A stretch of DNA of 60,837 nt, filler included, from Sphacelaria rigidula (Eukaryota): the NCBI GenBank assembly GCA_964200075.2. It is 6 parts of 6 records of this genome, joined end to end, with 100 filler letters (N's around TTAATTAATTAA, not from the genome) between each part and the next. Parts side by side here need not be neighbours in the genome. Positions count along the whole stretch, not along the records: positions 1 to 10,057 come from CAXNAA020007235.1; positions 10,158 to 20,214 come from CAXNAA020007236.1; 4 more parts are not named here. One strand, given 5' to 3'. Under the pieces are notes generated by a model. The model was not told the origin of the DNA, made no database searches, and saw nothing but the letters and a program-made list of their open reading frames with translations. Shown here piece by piece: positions 1-12,509 of this stretch. Within the stretch, counting starts at the first letter, position 1. Each line of letters starts with the position of its first letter. A program made the position numbers and the translations under genes.

Positions 1-110
1 GTGGGGAAAGCACTGTTTTAGGCTTGAGCCTCATCTCGAAGTTAAACCTCAATTCTCACAATTTGTTGTTTTCTGGCCGGCGTCACAAAATATCGATGTG
101 AGTTCTAATA

Positions 111-1772
111 CACACCCTGGACAATACAATATGTAATGTATATTACCCGCTCAATATGTTGACGCATCGGGTGGTCACTATACATTGGGCGAGCAATATG
201 ATGGCAGGAGAGAGGCTCAATATATATTGTGCCATCAATATGTCAAGTATCGCGGCATGCAATATATATCGACCAAACAATATATCACGACACGCGCCAC
301 CTCAACATATATTGGCCGAGTAACATGTTGGTGCGATGAGGCACTATTATATTTTTGTCGAGTAATATATTGGCTGCCATACGAGGTCAATATATATATA
401 TATATATATATTGATGGTTCAATATACTCAACACCCGAAACGCCAATAATATATATTGCCGCCCCAATATGTCGTGCGTCAACGCATCCAATATATATTG
501 GGCGGACAATACACGAGGGAACGGACGGTCACAAAACATATTAGTGTAGCAATACATCTTGATTTTCAACACGTAGGTTGGAAAGTATGTTGGAACTAGT
601 ATGGTGGGCAGTTCTATGTTCGCGGACGTCATTGAAATATGTTTCACCACATGCCGAGAACGCTCAATATATTCCTGCGCGAGCGTATTCAGTATATATT
701 GGCCGCACAATAATAGCTATGCGATGAGCGTGCGCAACATCTATTGAAAAAACAATACTTTTGCATGGTTTGCGCTCAATATATATTATGGCAACAATAT
801 GTTCCGCATCGCCTGGACTCAATATATATTGAAACTTTAATACATACACGGCCGGCACGCACAATAGATATTGAATGTTTTATCCCCGGAGCAAATGCAT
901 GGCCAATATGTATTATCATGCACTACTTCGCGATCATGACACGAGAAATATATGTTGCTGCTTCAATATCTCCGAGGACATCTCAACATCTATTGAAAGG
1001 ACAACATTCGCGCTGTCTCCGATACAAAGTATTGGTATCATATTGGAACATATTGTATTGTCCAGGGTATAAGCAACACAGAACCGGCTACCACAGGGGC
1101 ACCAAAAGACGCAGATCGACTCGCTTTTTCTGTCATCGCGATGTTTACCGAAGATATATTACATGCTGTGAAGGGGATGGGCGGCCCCGTACCGGTGGCC
1201 AGATAGGTATCAGAAGGCATATATACCGGGTCGCCTCTTTTGCCACCATATTTTCTGATCAGTATATATATATATATATATCAAACGAATTCGACAACTC
1301 TTCGTAGCAATGCACGCGAACTTCTGCCACTCCCTTCGAAGCGTTTCCCAATCTGCAAGGGCTCCGGCACCCACCGCGTCTGGATCTTTCTTCAAGTGTA
1401 CACCATACTAAAAATGTCCGATATATATTGACCGGCCAATACATTGGCATCCACACAGATCCAATATATATATGTACATTGACCGGTCAATATGTTCTCA
1501 CCAATGCAACCCTGATATATAATGGTCGCGCAATATGCCGTCGCCCACACTACCCCAATATATTTTGATGATACAATATGTGTCCAACCCCACGGTACCA
1601 ACATATATTGGGTGGGCAACACGTATGCAGTCCCACGACATCAAAATGCATTGGGTGCGCAATACGTTTGCGATCCAAGGGTACCAAAATATATTACGCC
1701 GGCAATATATCGCAAATTTTCAATATGAACGATGAATACATAGTAAAAACGCATTGTATTGTCCAGTGTGTG
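111..1772. mobile_element. non-autonomous hAT-like DNA transposon with CAATATAT/ATATATTG motif arrays
   Basis: TIR CACACCCTGGACAATACAAT (111-130) versus ATTGTATTGTCCAGTGTGTG (1753-1772). 8-bp flanks TTCTAATA (103-110) and TACTAATA (1773-1780) match 7/8. Dozens of CAATAT/ATATTG motifs inside. An extra internal right-end TIR copy lies at 1049-1068. Confidence 0.7.
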
Positions 1773-4507
1773 TACTAATACCTAACGGAACCTGCTCGAG
1801 GAATTTGGGCGGAAGAGCCTGGAAGCTGAGGACGACCCGATTCATCACGGTCGCGTGGAGGGGGTTCAAGCTGAGGTAGCTGCAAAAAGACGACTGGCCT
1901 GTGATTGATCCAGACTGGAGACTTTCTGAAGCTGCGTGCAGCGAAAGTTTGGAAGCTCCTACGACTGTGTGGTGCAGCGACGCAGGAAGGGTGAAGTGTG
2001 CAATGCGCGACGGTCCGCTGGCCTGCAAAAGATTCGCAGGTAGCCGGCTGCTGCTATGGCGACCGGCTCGCGTGCTGCGTCCAGCGTGATGCCCGTGGTC
2101 ATGCAGGAAGAGTTGTGACCTTCCCAGTACGGGGATAGGTACTCCGAGAGTGCATCCCGCACTTTCTACACCAAGTACTTGGAGTACAAGAAGCGTTTTG
2201 AGCACGCTAACGCAGGGGGTGCTGTGCGGCATCAGGTGGTGTCGATGGCTCAACAAGTGCCAACGCATGTGCAGAGAAGTTTTGCTCGTGTAAAACATGA
2301 TGAGCACTACAAAAACATACTGGACATGCGGCGGGCGCCGAGGTGGAGCTGACCCAAGCGTCCGCGGCTGTGGCGAAAGCTAGCGAAGTAACGAAGGCTG
2401 TGGCGAAAGCTGTCGCCATGGATTCTAGGGGAAAGACGATGCTAGAGCGGATGCAGCCCATCCTGTCAAATTTGGACAAGTACTTCACCAAAAACCCGAA
2501 CATTGAACTGGTGTATCGTTCCCCCGATGGTGAGTTCATTCCCAGCCCGGCTGCAGAAATCACCAAGGCTTTGGTGGAGCGGTTGGCGCCGGGAAAATTC
2601 AGGCAAGCCGTGCTTGTCAAGCTGCAGCACGAAAGTTATTGGAAGGCAGACCCCTACCTGGTAATGGACACCGCCGTGGCCGAGGCCAAGGAGTGCGGAA
2701 AATAGAGGTGTTCGGCCAGTCGTCCACCTCCTCGCCGAAGTCTTTGCGCCACCATGGCTCGAAACCGGCCGGCCGCGCCGCGACCATCACTTGCCACAGC
2801 CGTGGCCAGGTCGGCCATTACGCGCGCGATTGCCCCACGTCTTCCGGTGGGGGGTCTGCGTATTCTTATGCCGCGCGCCATCAGCATCGTCAGCACAAGG
2901 GCAAAGGAGGAGGTAATCGGGATGGTGGCGGCGGCGGATCCTCCGGCGGTGAAGGGTCGCCGTCGAGTTCTCAGCAACAGCAGCAGCAACACCAGCAACA
3001 CCAGCAACACCAGGGGCAGCAGCATCAGCATGGGTCTGGCTCTGGGTCCGGCGCCGCCGTAGGTGCTGCTGCTCCGCAACGGGCGGTGCAGGTGGGACCG
3101 ACTTCTACAGTGTCGAACACTGCGCCGGCGCCGGTGGCGACGCTGAGAGCAGCGCCGGGCGCGACGCCTGCTGATGTGCTGGTCGTAGTTTGGTCAAATA
3201 TTTCGTCTGCTGGCTGGGGGTCGTACCCGCCGGCGGTGCCGCTTGAACCTGCCGGGGCGTCTTCTCCTGCGCAGCTTGGGCAGCCGTGGCGTCAAGTGGG
3301 ATCAGCGTCGCATCGGTCGGCGAATGAAGTGCCAGTGTAGTTTGCGGACAGATACGTTCCCGCGAAATTGTGTCTTCCAAATCAACGGGAGCGTGTCACC
3401 ATTGTGGTTTGGGCTATGTTGGATTCTGGTGCCTACATCACGAGTCTGTCGGTGTAGATGCTAGAGATGCTAGAGCGTCCTCTCCCGGGTGCACCGCTGC
3501 GCATTCCGTTTTCGCTCGGGGCACGGCAGGCCGTCACCGCATCGGGTCACCATGTTTCCGTCACGGAGAGTACTGTTGCGCTGCAGCTGGCTTTCAAGAC
3601 TACCTGGGGGCCCGCGTTGTTGCCTCCGATCTCGTTTGCGATTCTGCCGGGATCGGATGACGTCATTCTCATTCTTCTGCGGTTGCCGACGCTTTAGGAT
3701 CTTGGAGTCGATCCGTACGAGCGGTTGTGAGACTCCATCAAGACGCGGGTATCGCCGCCTGGTCCGCACGTGGAGACGCCCGCCTTTTTGGGCAGTCATC
3801 GCGTGAGCTCGTTGGTGGATGCTTTCCAGCAGGCTGGGGGGCAGGTACCCGAGGAGCGGGATGCGGTGGTGGAACGCTTAGTAGAACGCGGCCCGCAGAT
3901 GTTCATGGATCCAGCGGAAGAGGAGTCCGCTAGGAAGGTCGCGCTAGGGGAGAGCATGACGGATGCTGTGGCGAAAGGCCTCAGTGTCTCAAAAGCGGAA
4001 CGCCTGCGCGGCATCCTGCATCGCCGCGTCAACGCGTTTCGTCGTGCGCTGCGGGGTGATGCCCCTGCGCGCGTAGAGCCCATGCGTGTTGAGCTGATAC
4101 CTGGGGCGTCGCCGGTGAAGGCAACGCCGCGGCGGTACGATCGTCGAGCTGAGTGGCGTCGTGCATGGCGGCTATTTTGGCGCTTGGGTTGGAAGTCCGG
4201 CACCTGCAAGCGGTGTGGTCCAGTCCGGCGATGGCGGTCCCGAAGAAGGACTCGTTTCGCCTGGTAAGCGGCTACAAGGCCGTTAATGACCAGGTTGAAA
4301 AGTCGCCGGGTGTGATGCCCAATTAAGAACCGGGCATGCATGATCTATTGAGTGCTCGTTTTTTGGCAAGTTGGACCTCCGCAAAGGCTACTTTACTGGC
4401 AGATATCGTTGGCGGAGGAGGCGCAGGAGATTTTCACGATTGCGTTAGGCTTGTTTACCCCGAAGCGAGTGCTGCAAGGCGTGGTGAACGCCACGACATA
4501 TTTTCAA

Positions 4508-4764
4508 AGAGAGATGCTACGGTCGAGGTGCACAAATATTTTCTGAGGTTAGAACTGTTAGGCGCCCTTGATCTCATCCAAAACACGACTTGTGAAAATA
4601 TGCGAGTGTACGCTAGAATCACCTTTTCAATGTGCTGGGGATATCCCGACTGAATTTGCAAACAGGGATTCCCTGAACCATATATTGTGGATCTAGAATC
4701 GTGAGGATCCCCTGAACTAGACAATATTTCGCGCAAAACGTACACCCCTACGGTAGCATTGCTA
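4508..4764. mobile_element. 257-bp MITE inserted in the Gypsy RT
   Basis: Imperfect TIR ATGCTACGGTCGAGGTGCAC / GTACACCCCTACGGTAGCAT (16/20). CAA is duplicated at 4505-4507 and 4765-4767. Removal restores the RT reading TYFQ-GIMTELLVGLKCKMWVDD. Confidence 0.8.
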
Positions 4765-6159
4765 CAAGGTATCATGACAGAACTTCTCGTTGGCTTGAAA
4801 TGCAAGATGTGGGTGGATGATGTGTTTTTTCGCGGACTCGGGAGAAGAACTTTTAGACACGCTTGATGCTCTATTGGCTCGTTTAGAGAGTGATGGTTTG
4901 TTTGCGGCGGCGCACAGATGCACTTTTTTTGCTAGTGAACTCGTGTGGTGTGGGAAAGTGTACTCACACGGACGCGTATCTCATGACCCTGTCAGATTGC
5001 ACGGCTTGTCTGACATGCGGCGCCCGGAGACGACCACATAACTTATAAACTTCCTGCAGGCCGTGAATTGGCTGCGTACCTCGGTGCCGCGTATGGCAGA
5101 AACCGTAGCTCCCGTGCGTTTTGTCCTCGAAGAACTCATGGCGGGTGCTGCGAGGCGAACGAATCGTGTTGCAAAAAACCGCGCTATCCCGCCTCCATCG
5201 TGGACGGAGGGCAGGTTGCAGGCGTGGGCGACAGCGAAGAATCTGGCGGCCCACGCCGTGACGCTGTTCCATCCTCGTCCTGATTGTCAGGTGTTCATGT
5301 TTCCGGGTGCTTCTGAGTGCCATTGAGGGAGTTTCGTCACGCAGGTGCCTAGAGCGGAAATGCAAAGACGCCTGCCAGTCGAGGATATGACGCATGAACC
5401 GCTGGCTTTCCTCAGTGGTAGTTTCAATGGTTCACAGCCGCGTCGGGCCATAATTGACAAGGAAGGCTTTGCTATCGTGAGCACGTTTTGTCGTTTGGGG
5501 CATCTTTTGTGGGATGGCGTGCATATTTTCACGGATCACCGAAATCTCGTGTATGTTTTCAACCCGGACGCGTGCGTTACGTCTGTGTCGAAGGCATTGG
5601 CACACCGCTTGGAGGGGTGGAAGCTCTTGTTGGCCACTATCATTCCTCGATTTGACACATTTCGGTTGACCGTAACGCGCGGGGTGACTTGTTTTCGCGT
5701 TGGATGAATATTACGGCTTTGCCTGTGCGCGCTGTGGCAGTGTATGGTCCGTGTGAACCTGATGACTCGATGCCATCTAAATCTGGTGTCCGCCAAGCGC
5801 AACAAAAAGACCTTGGGGCCGCAGATGCGGATGTGCAATCTTTCGAGTCGGATATTGGTCCTGCTATCTTGGACTATGAACGTCTGTTACGTGTGCATGT
5901 GCGTGGCCGAATCGTTGTGTGGATTCCGAGTTCTAACAAGCAGTTGCAGGTAGGTCTGATGAGTTGCGCACACATGCGCGAGACCGGGCATCGTGGTGTG
6001 GCTGCGACGCTCCTGCGCTGGCAAGAGTTTTGTGCAAGAGTTTTGTGTCTGGCAGGGGATAGAAACTCATGTGCGCGAATTTGTCCGCCAGTGTCTTCAC
6101 TGTGCTGACTCGAGGGCGGGCGATGTTGTTCCCCGCCCGCTCGGTGAAACGGTCCGCGG

Positions 6160-6370
6160 TGTAATGCGTGAGAGGACCGCGTGCTTAGAGGACCGCGCTG
6201 TAGTTCAAAATACCTCAGGATCGACATTTCTCAAAACTAATCGGATCAGTCCCTGCAGGTACCATGCCCCTGACCCTAACCCCAACACTAACCCTGACCC
6301 TAACCCTAACCATAAGGGTGTTCAAATCCCGATGCGGTCCTCTAAGCACGCGGTCCTCTCACACGTTACA
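6160..6370. mobile_element. 211-bp TGT...ACA MITE with an internal telomere-like tract, inserted in the Gypsy integrase
   Basis: About 37-bp TIR TGTAATGCGTGAGAGGACCGCGTGCTTAGAGGACCGC with 2 mismatches. 5-bp flanks CGCGG (6155-6159) and CGTGG (6371-6375). (CCCTRA)n tract at 6268-6311. Removal restores PRPLGETVRG-TLPNEVLHFDF. Confidence 0.85.
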
Positions 6371-9300
6371 CGTGGGACCTTGCCGAATGAAGTCCTTCAT
6401 TTTGACTTCTTGTACGTGGGCGAGAGTGGCCCGCTAGCTTCTCAAGGTTTGTCGGGGGATGCTGGGTTTCGATACATTTAGGTAATCATGGGTGATTCGC
6501 GCAACTTTGTGTCTCTGGAACCAGTAAACAGCCTGGATTCGTTTTTGTGGTTCAACTATCGGGTGAGGTTGAAGTCGCCACCGAAATTTCATTTGTTTCG
6601 TCCAGTAGGCTCGGGATTCGCAAGCGGTTCCGACCATGTAACCCTAACCCAGAAGTTTCTGTACGGCAGCGCAAGCATGATGATGAGCAGTCCAACAGAA
6701 ACACCGCCGTCATTGATTGTGCGGCATCTTTTGAGCAGGACCTGCGTCTAAGCGCTACAGAACACGTAACAAAGCATGCTGAAAACATACTTCTTTGGAC
6801 TAGTCATCGAGTTTTCGAGCGCCTCTTGTTGAGTATCTGAGAGAGATCTCATACTGTTGCGCCGGCGACGACCGCCGTCAGCGGAACAATCCAATGCGGC
6901 GACAGACGCCAGCGATCTTTGAAACACAGTATCATTCAGCAGTCTGCTGATATACCCCAGCACACCAGAGTACAGCATCACTACAGTACAGTCGTCAGTT
7001 GGGTGAAATGGATGCTCCACAATCGAGCCGCACACACACACAACGGGGGTGAGGATCAGTCCCACGCTTGGGGTTGTGTCGCTAGTAGCGCCCATGCGAG
7101 GCGCTGCATCCAGTCTGGACCAGCTATCACGCCTTGTATGGCCACTTTCGCCGTGGCTGTGTTGAGAACTGGTTCTGCGGTGGGGCTGTTGAAGGATACT
7201 GTAGTGCAACGCGGTTGCAAAATCCGGAAATTTTCTTGTATTTAGAACCCACATCAGCTGTAGTTTGAATATCCCTCCTGTCGGTCCCAAACGGGGTTTG
7301 ATCCAGCGACGGAAAGCGCTGGCACCCTCCCCCTCAGATAGGATTTGTGACAACTGTGGGGTATTTGGGGAACATCGCTCGGAATGAAACATGTAGAATA
7401 GTATTCAGGGGTATCGTAGTACATCTCTCCCCGTTCAAAATCGAAAGATCCTTGCTTGAACGCTCTACAGTGTTTTTCTTTTTCGATAATATGGAGGCTG
7501 TGTTTTTGAAGGCTAGACGCGAAGAAAACCCGCACCTCGCCTATGATGACGCCGAGACTTGGAGCATGCGTTGATTGGTACTACAGCAAGGTGTCGTAGC
7601 CGCAGCCGTGGCTACACGAGGCACTGATGGCCCGATCTGCATTGAGACGGTGGATACCGTTCTCATCAGATTCTTGTTTTCTTACCATCTCCTGTCTGAT
7701 GAGAATGTACAATTTTGGTCAGGCTCGCAGACCGCACGGATCCTTCAGGCGTCATCGTCAATCTTCGCCCACTTGCGGGTGATCACTCGCTGAGAACCAG
7801 GAAATAAACAGCATGTAGGCCCCACCATATATATGAGGGCTCAGGCTGAACGTTTGCCGGCCTGAAAAGCTCGACACGTGAAGGTTGAGCCTATCTCACG
7901 CGACCGCTGCGTTCTGCCATGCACCCTGCCTCACGTACCCGGCAAGTGGGCAACTTGCCCGCACAAAGAGTAGCGATGCTAGTGGATACATGATCCTGAC
8001 AATCTGGCAACCGGCAAGGTAGTTGTGGTAGTGCCCCTCGAGCGATATCAACTCACAGTGCACTACTGCAGAGTCCACAGGTGAATATTTTAGCGATTGC
8101 CAAGCCTGCAGTTCGCCCAGATGTAGTGGATGTTCCCACCATCTCCCCGCAGCAGATTATATGTGACAATGTACCACGCCCGGAGCAAACGATTTGCACA
8201 CACACAGAATGTACCGCGACCATTATAGAATATGTCGCGTATTGCGACAGGTATGCCGCAGTCAGTGCTACACGCGGCACACTTCCATACAGTGTAGGAT
8301 AGAGATGTCACACGCGCCTTACGCGCCGTAGTCGAGTGTTTCTATACAGCTCCGCCCCACATACAGGCTGTCATGATAGCGGCGTAGCCGGCCTTCTAGT
8401 CGTGTTTGATCCGCCGACGGCGAATGAACGCTTCATCGCTGCAGAAAACGGCCATCTGCGTGCAACGAATGCGGCAGTCCTCAGGCGACGACGGCGATCT
8501 GCCGATTATCAATAGCATCCCGTACGCATTCGTGATGGAAACACACTCGCTTCATGCCGCGGGGTACGAAGGTTCCGCCAGTTGCGTCCTGCGAAGAATC
8601 AAGTTCTGCTTGTGTTGGCAACTTTCAGTGACTGTGCTTTTGTGTCATGAGGGCAAACCCCCTCCATGACTATTTGCGAAGCCCGAGAGTGTCGTGCCAA
8701 AGTTGAAGTCGTGGTGGGTTTAGGGTAGGCAGCCGTCCTCTCTGCACAGAAATGCCACCTACCGTGGCGGAAGGCTGTCTACTGGAAATACCGTTTGTTC
8801 CGGACGCGATGTGCTTGCCGAAGCAAAGCATTTTAGCCAAAAATAAAAATAAAAGCAATCCGTCGGCGGTGTGAGGGGTCCACCGCCGGACGCGACCGTT
8901 GCAGGAGGCAAATGTTTGCAGGGCCAAAAGGCGGCAGGTTGCGAAGATAGAAAGCCACCCACGCGATTTTTGCCACCGGAATCCTGAATCATTGCGGGTG
9001 ATATAGACACGTAACGCTCAGCACGCAGCCCCGAAGGTGAAGGCGCGGTTTACCTATATTGTCCCGCACAACCTCAGCAGCAAATACATGCTAAAATACC
9101 CATCTTCGACTACAACCGACTCATGTCATTCATGGCAACGCTTCCGTGCCTTCCCCCAAAATCAACCCCGCTTCATGCGCCTCCGCCCCTACATCTGCGA
9201 TGGGGTCTCTGCTCCTCCTACACTCGACGCGCTCTGATGTATTTCAACTAGGAAGATTGCGGGCCATCGCCTCATATTTGCAAACATGGCGCCTCATCAT

Positions 9301-10057
9301 CACTTAGCATGCTATCTTCGTAAACACTCGGCACATCGGCACAGGGAGGAGTCCTGTGCCGCCTTTTTACATCGCCGCAGACACAGACCTGTCACCAATC
9401 ATACGAACGCGATTCAGTGTTTCCCATCGGGAATATATCGACCTCCATAACATCGGCAGCAAGGCTTGCGGAACAAACTTCCGGCGTATGTCCCACGGCG
9501 ATTGCGTCTCAATTTTTCGTGCGCTTGCATAGTCTTTTCCCATCGTTTGCATTTCTCGTGCCCGATCGCTGATGCCGCAATGGTCGGTGCCGTCCACGGA
9601 GGCAAAAAACAAATCCTTGGCCAAACATCGTTCCACCTGCATAGCGATAGCACGAACGGCGCGATATGACACAGTGGTGGGGTTTAAACGGAGCGATCAC
9701 AGGCCGCCAGTGGAGTCGCACAAGACAATCCGCCTTCGGTTCAATCTCACCATCGCTTCCCGGATATTATCAAGATCTGAGTGCAAGTACACAATTTTAG
9801 CCTGGGAGTGCAATTGTTTCATTTCATTACTACAAAGGAGTTATCACACGTGCCGCTTCCATCTCGGACTACGTAGCACACGCCGATGGCGGAAATATGT
9901 AAAACAAAAGAAGCGCCTCTTCTCCGTTCCAGCACCCTGGTACCCCAGTACATGAAACAGACAGTGACTGCTGCTCCATCTCATATACCTTTAACAACGA
10001 ATTGTGTGAATTGAGGTTTAACTCCGAGATGAGGTTCAAGCCTAAAACAGTGCTTTC

Positions 10058-10157
10058 NNNNNNNNNNNNNNNNNNNNNNNNNNNNNNNNNNNNNNNNNNN
10101 NTTAATTAATTAANNNNNNNNNNNNNNNNNNNNNNNNNNNNNNNNNNNNNNNNNNNN
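10058..10157. other. artificial contig linker (N-TTAATTAATTAA-N)
   Basis: 100-nt N run with a central TTAATTAATTAA, which gives stops in all six frames. Confidence 0.97.
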
Positions 10158-10282
10158 CTTTATTTTCTGGTATAGTCACTTCCAGAGACAGCCACAGCTT
10201 TTACACTGCCGGGGAGGGGGGGGGAAGAAAAATAAAACTCAATCACAGCAATTTGGAATATATATATATATATTTGCTTCAC

Positions 10283-10397
10283 CTTGCCCTCATGCCCCGA
10301 CAGAGTCCTCAGCAGCGACCAGTCCCTAGTAGACCACACCTTCGCCGAGCTATCGAAGGACGCCGACACTAGCACCTCGCCTGATGTGCGACTATAC
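10283..10397 (-). CDS. PRPF4: internal exon of U4/U6 snRNP WD40 protein Prp4
   Basis: Translates YSRTSGEVLVSASFDSSAKVWSTRDWSLLRTLSGHEGK, matching the C-terminal WD repeats of PRPF4 (recalled as ..YDNTAKIW..PGWSPLKTLAGHEGKV). Flanked by a CAG acceptor and a GTGAAG donor. Confidence 0.8.
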
Positions 10398-10562
10398 CTG
10401 ATGAGCGGAGGGCGTGTAGGGGGAAATCGGACAATGGCATAACACAAAAGTACCGTGCTTCAAAAGTCAGACATCGCTGTAAACATAACAATTGGAACGT
10501 GAAACACCTGGATGAGTATACTATTACGTATATATATATATGTATGGGGACTGAAACAAGAG

Positions 10563-10654
10563 TCGGTGTGTGGGTGTGTTGTCATCATCCAATCTCTATT
10601 CTGGATGCCAGACCACACGTTTCGGTATATGTGGGCGCACCAGCCGGGGTCACA
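10563..10654 (-). mobile_element. 5'-truncated copy (3' end plus CA tail) of the tRNA-derived SINE
   Basis: The reverse complement TGTGACCCCGGCTGGTGCGCCCACATATACCGAAA...GATTGGATGATGACAACACAC matches the 3' ends of the copies at 16205 and 28182. Confidence 0.75.
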
Positions 10655-11281
10655 GTCGCTAGCAACAGCAATCACCACAAGTAATTCCAAATATAAAACA
10701 GCACAAGAATATGACAGAATATGTTGAAAAAGAGGTCATCGGATAGTTATGTTTCCCCCATGAAAATGTCATTTCGTGGAGCTGGACGCCGACGGAGGTC
10801 TGATCCAAAGTATCTTTTTAGCACACACGTAAGAGACCACCCTTCCCGCTACCCAACAAAGAAAGTGCTGGCGACGTATTGCAGGTCAAACGCTTTCTTT
10901 CGTTGAGCCCCTGCTACCCTCAAATGTTCGGAAGACGACGAAAACGCGGTACAAAACTGAAGAGCATGACACATGTACTACAGTACTGCAACAAGAGTGC
11001 TTGACACGTAAGCTGAGCAGCAGCACACACAACCCGGCACGTAGTCTTCGACTTATTATATACCCACACAGAGCATACGTGTACATAACCGCACGTAGCA
11101 ATGAGCACCACCCCACACACGCTACTTCACTTTTGGTTATCATTAAGCTAGAAGCGGAGTGCATCATGGTTAATGCTCTCAGGGACAACGTGAGAGGTTC
11201 ATTTGATACCTTTCTTTCTTGTACATCACAGCAGCAGCGGCAGCAGCGATGTGCTGACAACTGTGTCTACAGAAAGTACAG

Positions 11282-12089
11282 CGACCACCCGTAGCGGTCG
11301 ACGAGCTGGCGGCAATCCCAGTTCAATGATATGAGAGTGGTGGTCACCATCAACCCTTGGATCACCAGCTCGTCTCAGAAATTGAAATGCATTCCCTGCT
11401 CACGGTCCGGGAATATCAAGGGGGTCTCCAGCGCCGCGTGTGGTTCTTGGAGATCGGTTTAATCCAGTTCATGGACAATACATCCATGGTTGACACATTT
11501 TTGAAATAACGGTAACCCCAACCCCAACCTCAACCCTAAACCCTAATCCCTAACCTCGACTAAGCATACCGCGAACCCTCGGGCAAGAGGGGTGCCAAGG
11601 GTGCCCTAGGTAAAAGTGTGCGGTGGCAGACCTTCAATCGGCACACGCGGTGTTGATTTGGACAAGAACGCGTTTTGCGCACGCTACAGTGGGAGCACTC
11701 GAGACCGTCAGCCTCACCAAAGATCTAAATCTCGGTGCTGATACTCAATTCAAGTACGTATCAACCATATTTGGGGAGCGGAACTGGGAAAAAACTATAT
11801 TGGATATGGGAGCCCGCACCGCCACCCATCAAGCGACCCAGTAGAGTTTGTCCCAGGGATACCGTTGTTATAAAAAATGTGTCAAACCATGAGTGCAACG
11901 TCCCCGAATTGAGATAAACCGATCTCCACGAATCACACCCACCGCTGGATATCCCTTGAAATCCCTGGACGATCAGCCTGAGGAAGAATTTTCGAGACAA
12001 AGTTGGCGGTCAAAGGGTTGATGCTGACCATTACTCTCATATCATTGAATTGGAATTGCCGCCAGCACTATGACCGCCAGTGGTGATCG
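11282..12089. mobile_element. non-autonomous element with diverged TIRs of about 230 bp and an internal telomere-like tract
   Basis: 11282-11518 aligns to the reverse complement of about 11856-12089 (e.g. GCTGGCGGCAAT..TTCAATGATATGAGAGT..GGTCA.CATCAACCCTT). AACCCC/AACCCT tract at 11513-11556. Confidence 0.75.
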
Positions 12090-12509
12090 GGTCGGTCATC
12101 GGTGACATCGTGACTTGAACATGAGTGTAGGACTCAGATCGCCCAGCCAACTGCACCAGTCCAAGGTTTACCGTTTGACTGCGGGGATAGGTCATCTGGG
12201 CATGCAGTCATTTTTCGAGTGAAAAAAATGTGTTTACTCAACAGATGGCTCATGCTAACGGTCAACGGATTCACATCCGTTCCGCTCGTGGGTGGAAGCT
12301 CGATGCGTGATTGGACGGGCGGGGAACTACAACAACAAAAAAATGTCAACCAAAAGGCTGGATTGCCGCGAAAAAATAGTGATCATCCCTCTCATCAGGG
12401 GGTGTTTTAACGAAACAAGGAAAGTGAGAATCATTGCGTGATAGTGATGGTGAAGTGACGGTTCACAACTTCACTATCACGAGAAATCACGCGCCGTTCT
12501 AATCGAGGG

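Larger units (their letters stand above)
1781..6522 (+). pseudogene. degenerate Ty3/Gypsy LTR retrotransposon gag-pol (frameshifts, stops, no LTR visible, integrase truncated)
   Basis: Zinc-knuckle remnant CHSRGQVGHYARDC (about 2792-2833). Protease AMLDSGA (DSG at 3422-3430). RT motifs WSSPAMAVPKKDSFRLV, YWQI..., QGVVNATTYFQ and WVDD (about 4810-4820). RNase H motifs PLAFLSGSF, KEGFAIV and TDHRNL. Integrase H..GHRG...C..C and LHFDFLYV. Order PR-RT-RH-IN is the Gypsy order. Confidence 0.92.
6..10057. mobile_element. TIR pair bounding contig 1 (putative large DNA transposon with nested insertions)
   Basis: 6-70 (GAAAGCACTGTTTTAGGCTTGAGCCTCATCTCGAAGTTAAACCTCAATTCTCACAATTTGTTGTT) is the reverse complement of 9993-10057 with about 4 mismatches. 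A diverged relative of this terminus occurs at about 20561-20620. A target-site duplication (TSD) cannot be seen because both ends are contig ends. Confidence 0.65.

Noticed and set aside
185..1778. Many short Tyr/Ile-rich ORFs
   Set aside because: They are translations of the ATATAT/CAATAT motif array of a non-coding transposon.
8480..8590. Minus-strand peptide FVPRGMKRVCFHHECVRDAIDNRQIAV resembling the end of a Copia RNase H
   Set aside because: It is too short and degenerate, with no flanking Copia motifs, so it cannot be supported without a profile search.
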